Shown one piece after another: positions 24,701-36,700 of a DNA stretch of 61,613 bases. The notes below the pieces were generated by a model, which did not search any database, had not been told where the DNA came from, and was given only the letters and a program-made list of their open reading frames with translations. The stretch comes from Lama guanicoe (lineage: Eukaryota). The stretch spans positions 617,924 through 679,536 of the forward strand of contig MU054204.1 in assembly GCA_013239625.1 (NCBI GenBank), in the 5' to 3' direction. A program made the position numbers and the translations under genes. Numbering within the stretch: the stretch's first letter is position 1; every line of letters starts with the position of its first letter.

Positions 24701-27700
24701 TTTTTCTCAAGATGGCTTTGGCAATTTGGGGTCTTTTGTGATTCCATATGGATTCTTATTTGTTCTAGTTCTGTGAAAAATGTCATTGGTATTTTGATAG
24801 GGATTGCATTAAATCTGTAGATTGCTTTGGGTTCTATGGCCGTTTTAACAATATTAATTCTTCCCATCCAAGAGCATGGAATATCTTTCTGTTTCTTTGA
24901 ATAATCTTCAATTTCCTTCATCAGTCTTTTACAGTTTTCAGAGTATAGGTCTTTCACTTCCTTGCTTAAGTATATTCCTAGGTATTTTATTCTTTTTGGT
25001 ATGATTTTAAACAGGGTGATTTTTTTTTACTTTCACTTTCTGGTATTTCATTATTGGTATATAGAAATGCAATAGATTTCTGTATAGTAATACTGAATTC
25101 ATTTATTAGTCCTAATATTTGGGGGCAGAGACTTTAGAGTTCTCTATATAAAGTATGTCATCTGCAAATAGTGACAGTTTTATCTTTTCCCTTCTAATTT
25201 GGATGATTTTATTTCTTTTACTTCTTTGATTGCTGTGGCTAGAACTTACAGTACTTGTTAAACAGAAGTGGTGAGAGTGGGCATCCTTGTCTTGTTCCTG
25301 AATTTAGTGGGAAGACTTTCAGCTTTTCACCATTGTGTATGATGTTGGCTGTGGGTTAATTGTAATGGCCTTAATTATGTTGAGATATGTTCCTTCTATA
25401 TTCACTTTGATGAGACTCTTTACCATGAATGGATGTTATGCCCAGGATTTTCACAGCTCAGCCCTCCTATTAGTCCCACCATTCCTCCAACCAGCCAAGG
25501 GGGCTTGTCTTCCCTTTGTTGGACTGGGGTGCCCAATATGTGGCTTGAACTGCTCATTCCTCAGGGAGGGTGTCTGTCCATGTAATCTCCCCTTTCCTCT
25601 GAGTCCCCTCCTGGGGCACAGGTCCCAACCTGATCATTTCTCTTCCCTTTCTATCTGATACTGTATGTATCTATCTTATAGCCTTGGTTGTACAGGAGTC
25701 TTTCTGCCAGTTTCCTGTTAGTTTTCAGTGAAGATTGTTCCACATGTAGATGTATTTTGATGTGTTCATCAGGGGAGGTGAGTTCCATGTCCTCCTACTC
25801 TACCATCTTGATTTGAGTCCCTTGGTGTCTAGGTTTCTTACAGCCCTCATGTTAGTCACACAGGTTTTCTAACCAGCTAAGGGGGACTTGTTTTCCCGGT
25901 ATTGGACCCCAGGAATGTGGTGCCTAGTATGTGGCTTGAACTGCTCGCTCACCAGGGAGGCTCTCTGCCTTTGTAATCCCCTCCATCTACTGTGTCCTCT
26001 CTGGGGCACAGGTCTCAACCTCATCGCTTCTTTTCCCTTCTTACCTGACTCCATGTGGATCTTGCTTACAGCCTGTGTTGTACAAAAGTCTTTCTACCAG
26101 TCTCCAGTTAGTTTTTGGTGATAATTTCTCCACATTTAGATGTACTTTTGATGTGTTCATGGCAGGGCAGTGAGTTCCATGTCTTCTTAATGTGCCATTT
26201 TGATCTCTTCTTCCAGGAAGTTTGAACTTTTATCCTAAGAGCAATGAGAATTATAGAAGGATTTTTCTTCTCTTATTTTGAAAATTTCAAACATATAAGA
26301 AATTTTAAATGGTAGATTCTACCATTAGTATTTCACTACACTTCATCTATCTGCTATATATTATATATCTATCAGAATATTTCCATGATATGTGGAGAAA
26401 CAATTGAAGGAATAAAGATTAGAGGCAAGGAAAAAAGATAGTTGGTGCTGTAACTGCCCAAGCAAAAGATGATGGTAATTTGGACTGATGAAGTGGTAAC
26501 AAGGATAAGGAGAAGTGGACATATTTAAAACATATTGAAGGGATGGAATCATCAAGACTTGGTAGATGTTTGAATGTAGTGGGTGATGGAGAGGGATGAG
26601 TAAAAGTTATAGTTAGGACTGCAGACTCAAGAGCCAGACTACCCGGAATTGAATCCTGGTTCTGCCAATTATCAGCTCTCCCTTTCCTGTGCTTCAGTTT
26701 TTTGTTCTGTGAAATGGGGATAATAATTCTATTTCATAGGATTGTTATAAAGATTAGCTGAAAAATATGCATATCTTAGAACAGAGCCTGGCCCATAGAA
26801 CAGAGCCTAGCCCATAGTAAATACTATGTAAGTGGATGGTATTATTATTTTTAATATTATATATAAGAGGGGATACTCTGGTTGGAAAGATGTGGGTTCA
26901 AATCACAGATGTATTATTTACTAGTTATGTAATATGAGATTGTTTGTTCACTTGAAACATTGGAATAATACCTCCTTCATATAAGTTTTTGAGTATTAAT
27001 TTAAATGAGAGGAAACAATATATATGTCTCTTATTTTTAAAATGACCACAGGTCTAAGATTAGCTGTGGAGATCTTCAACAAGAATTCTTTAATTGTGAT
27101 TATTTTCAGAGAGGCAGTTGAGTTGCTGGTAAGACATCAGTAAGAAATATTGAGAGGGCTGTGATGGGTAGCACACTATGTCACAGTGCTAAGACTTCAG
27201 GGATGAACACTCCCTTTCCCCCTAGGCTGCTGCTATCCAACACTTAGAATCTGCAACCACTGAGTTGAACAAAATCCTGAAGGCCAAGTACCCAACAGAG
27301 ATGATCATCGCAACCAGGTCAGTCTTCCTTTGGCTCTCAAGCTTTGGGGTGTTTTTGCCCCTCAGGGGCTGTTCCTCAGTCACAGATGGGGCTCATTTTA
27401 ATAGCTTAGGGTTTTGAGGCCAAGGAAAGCATATGTTTACCTTCCCCAATCAGATTTCTCCCAACTCAAACCTCCCGATTGGAAAGCTTAGGGGGAAAAA
27501 CAGATGAGATTAGAGTGAGGGCTCCTCCTACTCCAAAAAGACAAAATTTGTAAGCCATAGATTTGGAAGAAGGGTTACAAGAAGGGAAACACAATGTTCA
27601 ATACTATTCAAGAGCACAGCATTGCTCTCTACAGTAGGAACCTTGCTTTCCATCTAATACCTGGAAAGGTCTCTGTAGTACCTAATATAGCTGCTTTCTC

Positions 27701-30700
27701 ATAACCTGAGCAACATATTCTCTCTTTCTAAATATGTAGGTCATTCATTCCTCCTGGGACTCTGGAGGGTTCCTGATAAGTCTACCATATTCTCCTTTGA
27801 GAAACACTCCCATACAGGGACAGTCATACAAATGTCATTATGTTTGTACTAAATTAGCTGGGCCCTTGAACCGTACCTGATTTGACCCAGGATGAAATCC
27901 TGACCAAAGTTGGACCAATTGAATTCTGCTTTCTGGAAATTCGGAATTTGGGTTAAGAAATGTTAAACTCTCTCAGGTACTGGCATGTTTCACCATATGC
28001 ACAGGAAGAAGCAGAGTAAGCAAAGAGTGGAGAGGGAGTAGGAGCAGAGGGAGAGGGAGGAAGGAGAGATCAGGAAAGAGAGATGGAGAAGGAGGAAGAT
28101 GGAAACTAATGACATTATAAGAGAGAAAGGCTCTGGACTTCATGGTCCATGTCACATTGTGCCATCTATCTTATCTTTCCAGATTCCTGTGCTCAGCAGT
28201 GGAAGATTTTGTGGTTGATATTGTAAAGGCCTGGAGCCGGATAAAACAGAACAATACAGCAATAGAGTCTGTGATTTTGAAAGTAAGTTTCCATCTTTTT
28301 GTCTTGTACTCTTTGTGGCACGAGAGCTCCATTTTTAATAAAAGCAAACGTGCCTCTCGCTGGGAATTGTAAAAGGGCAAGGAGAAGCAGCTAGTAAGCC
28401 TCCCTGACAGAGAAAATCCACATCAAACTTCTATCTTTCACCAAATAAAGAGTGGCACTTTGCATGCCATGTACCTAAGCAGATGTCAAACATCTGTCCA
28501 CACCTAGACACAAGTATACATCAAGCAGGTATGCACGTGGTTGTATACCAGAACATGCTTGAAAATATAAACAAGTATATACTAACAATACACCCACATG
28601 CTCTTCTATAACAACAACAGTAACAATAATTGCTAACACATATATAGCACTTACTCTGTGCCAGGAACTATTCTAAGAACTTATAATGTATTAATTTATT
28701 TAATCTTCACAACTGCCCTAGAATATAAAAGCACAAAGAGAGTAAGCAGTTTGCCTCAGTTCACAAACTATTAAGTGATGGAGCTGGGAATCAAGCCATA
28801 ATCCCACAGTACACCCTCAAACATACACACAGACAAAGGCAGACACCAGGCACCCATGCAGAGCCACATCCACATCCACAGGAGCATGTTCATGAAAATG
28901 TCAATCCAGACATATTTCTCTTTCCTCAAGTTTGTCATGTTACATATAATTTTACAGGCCATTCTGACATAAGATTAGCCAACACACATTTATGCCTGCA
29001 GCTGCTCAGAAACAAATAATGTTTCTTTGACCCCCCCCACCAATATCCTTGGGTTATCTTATCACATCTACCCAAGTAGTTCTTTCCCCAAACTTTCTCC
29101 ATCCCACTTGTAGCTTTCTATGCTCAATGTTCCTGGCCAACTATTAAGCCTCCCCTCCTCTCCCCATACCATCTGACTCCTCATTCTGTCCTTTCAAGCA
29201 CTAATCCCTCATAACAATGCTCTGTCTCCCTCCCCATACAGAGCGACTTGATGTATGACAAGCTTAGTGTCCTGATTGATATCCTGGCTGAGGATGCAGC
29301 AGTTGAGAAGAGTGCAGCATATGCAGACAGTGCGAAGGCAGATGGAAAGCCCTTTGTCCCCCAGATAGACCACATAGCCAAGTGCAAGTTGGAGCTGGCC
29401 ACAAAGGCCCAGAATCTCCAGGAGTCCTTGAAACTCATCATATTCCAAGTCAAACAAGGTAAGGGTCCCAGGGCTGTAGTGACTGAGGTAGAGGTGAGAG
29501 AAGGTTCCTGTGGATAGTTTACTTGTCTTCCTCACTCTGGGTCAGCCATTTGACACCACCATGAAAACCTGACTAGATTCTGCATTCACATAGCATCCAA
29601 ATGAAGTCCTCAGGCTCTGATGATTTGAAAAGTCTGTCTTGATAAGCTGCGCCTTTGGCTCCTCCTACCTCCCAGGCACTCAACTCTTGCTACTTATTTA
29701 TTTTTGGAACTAACACTCATCCTAAACAATTACAGCTGCTATGGCTTGGCTCATAGCTCTTGTCAGCTTCCACCTCCAGCCATGGAATTTTTTTCCACCT
29801 GCTCCTGTTCCCTTCCAACCACTGAGCCTATGACGATTTTAGAAAGAAAATAGTGTTCATCTCTGCATGTATTAACCAGTATTAATCAGGCACAAGGGCC
29901 CTGAGAGTGGTCCCGGCAGCTCTGGCATTGACTGAATTTCCCATAACTCATGACAATCTGCAAGCTTCCAACACAGTATGAAAGCTCTTTTGACTTCTCC
30001 AACTTCTTAATTTAACATTTTGGTTCCCACTTCTTCTCCACAATGCTTCTTTGAAAAACAGAGTAGAAAATGGTATAACACCAAGTGCATTCTACCTGAG
30101 CTATTGGATAGATTGAGCAGAAGTCCATGTAGCAAGGAAGTCCCTTTGGCTGGCCTTTGACTTTTAGCTGTGGTACCTTCTCCTGCCTTGGTACCTTTCA
30201 GTACAACCTCAGCCAAGTTTCCAGGGAAAAAAGGAAATCTCCCTTCTCCACTGTGAAAGAATTAAACAGCCTCTATTTCTTTAGGTAGTTTCCAAGTAGC
30301 AGGGATCAGATTAATCTGATGTAGCCATGACCCTTTCACAGCTAACCCTCAGTCTGCTCCATCAATACATAAATCAGATTTAGAAGTGCAGTTCATGGCC
30401 ATGGAACAGAGAAAGGTAGGGAAAGGATTGAACCTATGAGCTTTGGCATAGGATGAGCCCCTGAGCTATACAATATATAGGCTGGTGAAAGGAAGGAGAC
30501 TTCTCAGATATTCTGGGTATTGGTGAGACACCTGAGTGAAAGAATGGCATGGTCCTAGAAGGTTACATTTAGAACAAAAGTCATGGGTGTGGGGAGGGTA
30601 TAGCTCAGTGGTAGAGTGCATGCCTAGCATGCACAAGGCCCTGGGTTCGATCCCCAGTACCTCAAATAAAAACAAAATTTTTAAAAACCTAATTATCCCC

Positions 30701-33700
30701 CCAAAAAAGAAGAAAAGTCACATGAGTAAATGAATTAACAAAAGAGGTGAGAATGGAGGTAGAGGAGCAGAGGGTTTCCCACCCTGTCCCCCCTTCCCCT
30801 GGCCCCGAGCTTCTACTCATAACCATGTTTACTGGGTGATAGAAAAAGAGCAACAAGCAAAACAGAGAAAGCTCAGGCATGGATATAAAGAGACATGGGG
30901 CTAATACTGTGAGAAAGGTGAAACCACAAACAGCATCATGGAGGAGAGGTGATGATCAAATGGGAGTCTCTGTTGTCTTCCCACACACTGACTGGTATAA
31001 ACTAAACAAAAGAGATGCTCAAGAAATGTGACCAATCCTCCCTCCCTCCTTTCCTTCCCTTTCTTCCTTCTTTCCTCCCTCCCTTCCTCCTTCCTTCCTT
31101 CTGTCCTTCCTTTCTCCCTTACCCCCTTCCTTCCTTCCACTTTTTCTTTATAGTTCTTGATGAGCAAAGCCGACAGACAATATCAGTCAAGAACTTTAGT
31201 TCAACTTTCTTCCTGGAAGATGACTCAGAAGATGTTACCCAGATGAGCCCAAGACACCGTAAGGATCTTTCTCTTCTTTTATTCTAAGCTTCATCTCTGT
31301 CTTCTAGTTCCCAGAGAATAAAGGTGTGTTTTCATGCATCTCCCTTTAGCCATAATCCTACTCTGCAGTAGATATCCATCCATCTTCTCCAGAAAGCTCA
31401 CACTATAAGATCCCATGCCTATGTCCAGAAGTAATGACCCCGTTAGATACTTTGAAAAGGCTGGCCTGTTGAAACCCCAAATTTAAAGCTGTTCCACTGC
31501 CAGCAAGCAAGCATCCCAGTCTTGCTATTCTCTCAGTGGAAGTCCCTGTCCATCCAAGATGATCCCTCTTTGGAATGAAAACCCTGAATATTATTTAGAA
31601 GAAAGTCATTGAGCTTGACTCTGCTCCAACAGAGAAAGTAGGGTATAATGCAAGTCATGGGAAGGGCTTTCTTGTTTATATCTGATACCAAGGTAATGTC
31701 TTTTGTGTCCAGGTTCTCGTCTTGGTACTTTGTCTTCTATATCTTCTCTCAAAAGTGAAGATCTAGATAACCTCAATTTGGAGCACTTATATTTTACACC
31801 TGAAACTATGTAAGTATCTAGGCCTATCACCTTGTTGTGGCTTTGTCCTTTTTCTGGTTAAGAGAATAATCTAAGGATACACAGAGTCAAATGCTGACTC
31901 TACTTTCTAGTTGCATGACTGCAAATAATTGAACCAAGCTTCTGTTTCCTCATGTATAAAACAGAGATAATTGTAGAACTTGCCACATAGGTTTCCTGTA
32001 TTTTTTGAGTTTATATACCCAAAGTACTTGCATTGGGCAGTGTTTGGCACTCAAAGTTAGGTTGTTGCTTATTATTGTTATTATTATTATAAACATAATT
32101 TCATTTCATCTCTAAGGACCTGTTTTTCACTGTTGCCTTTAACAGTAAATGATTGGAGATGCTAAGAAAAAAGTAGGCATTTAGGGGACTAGGTAGCAAA
32201 TCTAAAGACATCCGTCTCAGTAGCCCTGTCTCTTTAGAATTTTCCCAGTAGCCACGGTTCATCACATCCACTCATTTTGAGTTCTATTAAGAAGATCAGT
32301 TATATCAGTTATAGGAACCTCAATTTCTGGTCTGTGGTCAAGGGAGGCAAATTTCACGTAAGAGATGTAAGGTCAGTTTAGTCATGAATGAAAAACCCTA
32401 TGATTAAGTAGTTAAAGTGTACCTATTTTCAGTTTCTCAAAGGAAAGTCACAGCTAACAATTATTTAAGTTTCTGAAGCTCCTATATCCAATTCCCATTT
32501 CCCTCTACCTTACCATTGGCTTAAGCTCATGTCTGAGGCTTCAATGGACCTACCTAATGAGTTTTGATCAATGGTGTGCTGAAAAATGTTAAACAACCAG
32601 CTCTCAGGGCAGTCGGGGGGGGCCTGATTTATTCCTGGTGTAAACCCTCACATCATGGCCTATTTCAAGCTACTGATATACCATCATCGAATGCAAAGTT
32701 GGAAAGTAATAGGCATATCAGTTTATAAGATGGCCTGAAGTAGCTCCAGTACACTACTGATTTTAGTGGATGGATGCAGAAGAATAAAAAAACTGCTTGG
32801 ATATTTGTTGTTGTTGTGTATGTATGTATGTATGTATGTGTGTATGTGTGTATGTGTATATATATACCCTCTTTTATCAGTTTTCTTTCCCTCAAATGTG
32901 TAGTCACTTTGCCCTTTGATGTGAAAGTGCTACAAAGGAGTTCAGACACCTCTGAGAACAGTACTGCAGACTTTAATCTCATCATATATTTTTTAGCTGA
33001 GATTTTAAAAGTATTTTATGGGAATAAGTTCATGACTCTTATTTCCCTTTACTATGTGTAGGGAAAATACTGGCCATTCATACAGGACAGCCTACAAAGA
33101 TGACTTCTTTATTATGAGTCCCAATCCCATTGAATCCTCCCAACTGGCTGGGTGTCCTCTCTTACAGCTAACAAGCTAGTTGTTAACACAATCAGACATC
33201 TACATGTGCCTCTCAAGAACATTAAGCCTTGTTCCCAATGTACAGGAGGCCTCCCCTCAGCGGTTTTCCATCATGCAGATATAGTCTGCCACTCAATGAT
33301 AAAAGCACTTATTTCCTGCACCAATGTCTATTCCCTTCTTCCCTTTGGTTAATTTCAGACGCTTCAAAGAAAAGTGTGTCATGAACAACTATTTTGGAAT
33401 TGGACTAGATGCTAAAATTTCTCTGGAATTCAACACCAGAAGAGATGAGCACCCAGGACAATACAAGTAAGGAAAAGAAACTCCCCACCCTACATGCCAA
33501 CCCCAAATCACATACACACATGTATTCCTACATCCCCTACCTCGCAGACCAGCATCAGAAAGAGGTTTGTCCTTTGGAAGTAAAAACACATGGGTTCCAA
33601 GGTTAGCCTAGTGGGATAACTTGCCCAAATGTTGGCCGGATATGTGAGGACTCAGCATTGGCATCTTGAACTTGGAGCTGCCTTCATACATAGTCTTGAC

Positions 33701-36700
33701 CTGGAGACTGCTGTGTAAACCCAGCTATGTTACTGTTACTGAAAACAGATTGCATTGACTCGATTCAGCAAATGGGCTATCTTTGTTCTGTCGCTGAGAA
33801 CTTGATGGGGTCCTAATAGTGGTTTCAGGTCTGTTTTTGCTAGGCAAGACTGCAAACTATCAAAGATCACCCTATTGGTTCTTAGTGTTCCTAACCTGGT
33901 TCCCCTGGACCTACTGATTTTACCCCATCCAGTGTTGGCCTACTTGGCACCTTCTGATATTTTTGCATTAGAGACATACCCTAAGGCAGCCTCAGAGTTC
34001 TTGTCGGAAATTGAGACTACAAGTAAAAAGAAGCATGCCCTTTACCCAACACCACCACCCCTACCACCTGTCCCTAGAACTTCTTTCTCAGAGCAGGCCT
34101 GGGTTGAGGAAGCAGTACTTTATCAGATATGTTTTTTTTTTTTACAAACATTGTTTCCCAGTTGCTTATCATTTTTTGTTGTTGTCACTTGTCTTCTCAT
34201 TTTTTTTAAAATAGTATCTTTTGAAATACAAAAGTTTTGAATTTTGATGAGTTCCAATTGATCATTTGTTTTTACAGACCAGGCTTTTGATGCCATATCT
34301 AAGAAATCTTTGCCTAACTCGAGATCTTAAAAATTTGCTCCTATGTTTTCTTCCAAAATTTTTGTTTTTGTTTTTGCTCTTACATTTAAGTCTGTGGTCT
34401 GCTTTGACTTAATCTTTGTGTATAGTCTGAGGTAAGAGTCTACGTTCATCTTTTTGCACATGGACATCCAATTACCACAGCACCATTTTTAAAAAACTAT
34501 CCCTTCCCACAATGAATTGTGTTGGCACTTTTGTTGAAAACCAGTTGGCCATAAATGTAAGGGTTTTTCTACACTCTCACTTCTGTTCCATTGGTCTACT
34601 ATGCAAGTACCACACTGTCTTGATAACTGTAGCTTTATAGTAAGTTTTTTTTTAATTGAGGTACTGGGGATTGAACCCAGGACCTTGTGCATGCTAAGCA
34701 TGCACTCTACCACTGAGCTGTACCCAGCCTCCAACTCAAGAGCTAGACTACCTGGAATCAAATGCTGGCTCTGTCAATCTGTTCTTTTTTCAAAATTGTC
34801 TTTGTTGTTCTAGGTATTTTGCATTTCAATATAACTAAACTCCTATTTTTATAGTTAAGGAAACTAAAATGCCCAAGAACTTATGGTTTAAAGCAGAGTC
34901 CAAATAATTTTGTGCTAGCCTTCTTACATCCAAAATTCATGCCCTGTGGTGGCTCATTTCTGTGGCTCTACTTTAAAAGCTCATAGTAAACTCTATCCAG
35001 CCTTTCCAGTGATTGTAAGTGCCCTGCTTGTTTTCATCAGAGACTCTACAGTCAGCAGGACCCTGGCCTTCCCACCTCCACCATAAGTCTCCTGATATCC
35101 TTGTCTGTCCCATATTCTCTCCACTGGCTCCTCCTTTATAGTCTGCCTAGTAAGCTTCAGTCTACTCTATATCACTGAATGAAGTGTTTGATCTTGGGAA
35201 ATCCCTCTACTCTGCCAGAAAAGTTATACTTCAAAGAAATCACTGTCTAAGATTCACATGTTTCAAATGAAATTGATTCCAAGCCACTGAAGTCTTGAGC
35301 TCCCAGAGTGGCACTTGCTGGGGTACCCGGTGTGTACCAGCCAGTTATGCTTATAGCTTTTTATGAGCCTTACTTTCTAAATATAGCCTGTCTCTTCCAA
35401 GTTGGAACCAATATCAGCAGCAAGTAAAAGTGACAAATCAACAAGATGCTGAGGGCTCAAGGGGACCCACTGCAGCAGGTGTTTGCATGAGGTTATCAGT
35501 TACACTATCCTAGCATTCCCTCTTGTGTTCAGTTACCATTCAACATGACTCCTCTCTATGAGAAGGCACTTAAGAAATAAGATGGTGTCTCCTCTTACTT
35601 TTCTTCATCCATTTATCTTTATATTGCTTACCCTCTGACTACCTTTCTCTACCCTTATCTCCCTATAGTAGCCGCCTTAAAAACAAGATGTGGTATGGCC
35701 TTCTGGGAAGCAAGGAACTTTTCCAGCGCTCTTACAGGAAACTGGAAGAACGAGTCCACCTGGAGGTTAGTGGAAAAGAGGGTGATCCTTCCTGGGCATG
35801 AAAAAAAGGAAATATCATGACCTCAGGAATCAACTTTCCTCTATAACCTTAGTGCTTCCCAAGCTTTAACTCTGATCCTCACGCACAGCTCATGGGAGGA
35901 AGGCAGGAAGATAGATTTCTACTTTATGGATAAAAAAATGATAGCAAGAAGAGGAGACAGAGCCCTTCCCCCAGCTCTATACATGTTCCTTCCCATTGGT
36001 ATCTGAAAAGCCAGACAATACAGGCTACTCTTTCCTTTCAGTGTGACGGAGAAGCCATCTCCTTGCCAAACCTGCAAGGCATTGTAGTGCTCAACATTAC
36101 CAGCTATGCTGGAGGCGTCAACTTTTGGGGAAGCAGCACGGCAACCACAGTGAGTATGGAACAGGGAGGGAGAAAGGCTTGACCCCTCTAAGTCTATAAG
36201 AAAGGAGAGCTGAACTGTAGGGGGAAGGAGGAGGTGGGCTGGGCACTGTCATTAGCAGCAGCTGTCTGATCAGTCTTTTCTTTTTTTAAAGGCAGTTACC
36301 ACCCCAGAATCAACCAAAAACTCCAGGATCAGGTCAATTCTTAGGTGTTGCCTGGACTTTGAATTTTCTACTCCTCTGTCCTGATAGATCCTTGAAAGGT
36401 TACCCAGGCCATGTTCTTTTCTCCAAGGAGGTCTGTCAATAAAGTTTTTTGGGGAATTGGCCATGGCTCCTTTCCTCTGAGCTCACCTAAGAAGGCCATG
36501 GGGCCAATGAGACAGACCTTGAGGGATTTATGATGCTATGCTGGACAGCAAGGGAACCAGCTAAGAGCTGTGATCTCAAAAGGAATTGAGTTTTGATCTC
36601 AGTGCCCTTATCCAAGATTGGCTTCCTGATCTTCATATAGGATCATATGATAGGATCATATAGTATGATCACATAGTATTATATAGTATATATACTTCAT

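Noticed and set aside
26777..26814. 19-bp tandem duplication (similar small ones near 24205, 46320 and 57645)
   Set aside because: Ordinary slippage duplications with no sign of function.
29181..29535. Antisense ORFs over DGKK exons (also 14541-14822 and 40030-40431)
   Set aside because: These are shadow frames of real coding exons with no independent support.
30591..30663. tRNA-Ala gene (also 13206 and 34660 regions)
   Set aside because: A-rich tails, TSDs on two copies and a poor acceptor stem indicate SINEs.
36628..36700. CRISPR-like or regulatory array from GATCATAT repeats
   Set aside because: Short degenerate tandem units without unique spacers, in eukaryotic DNA.
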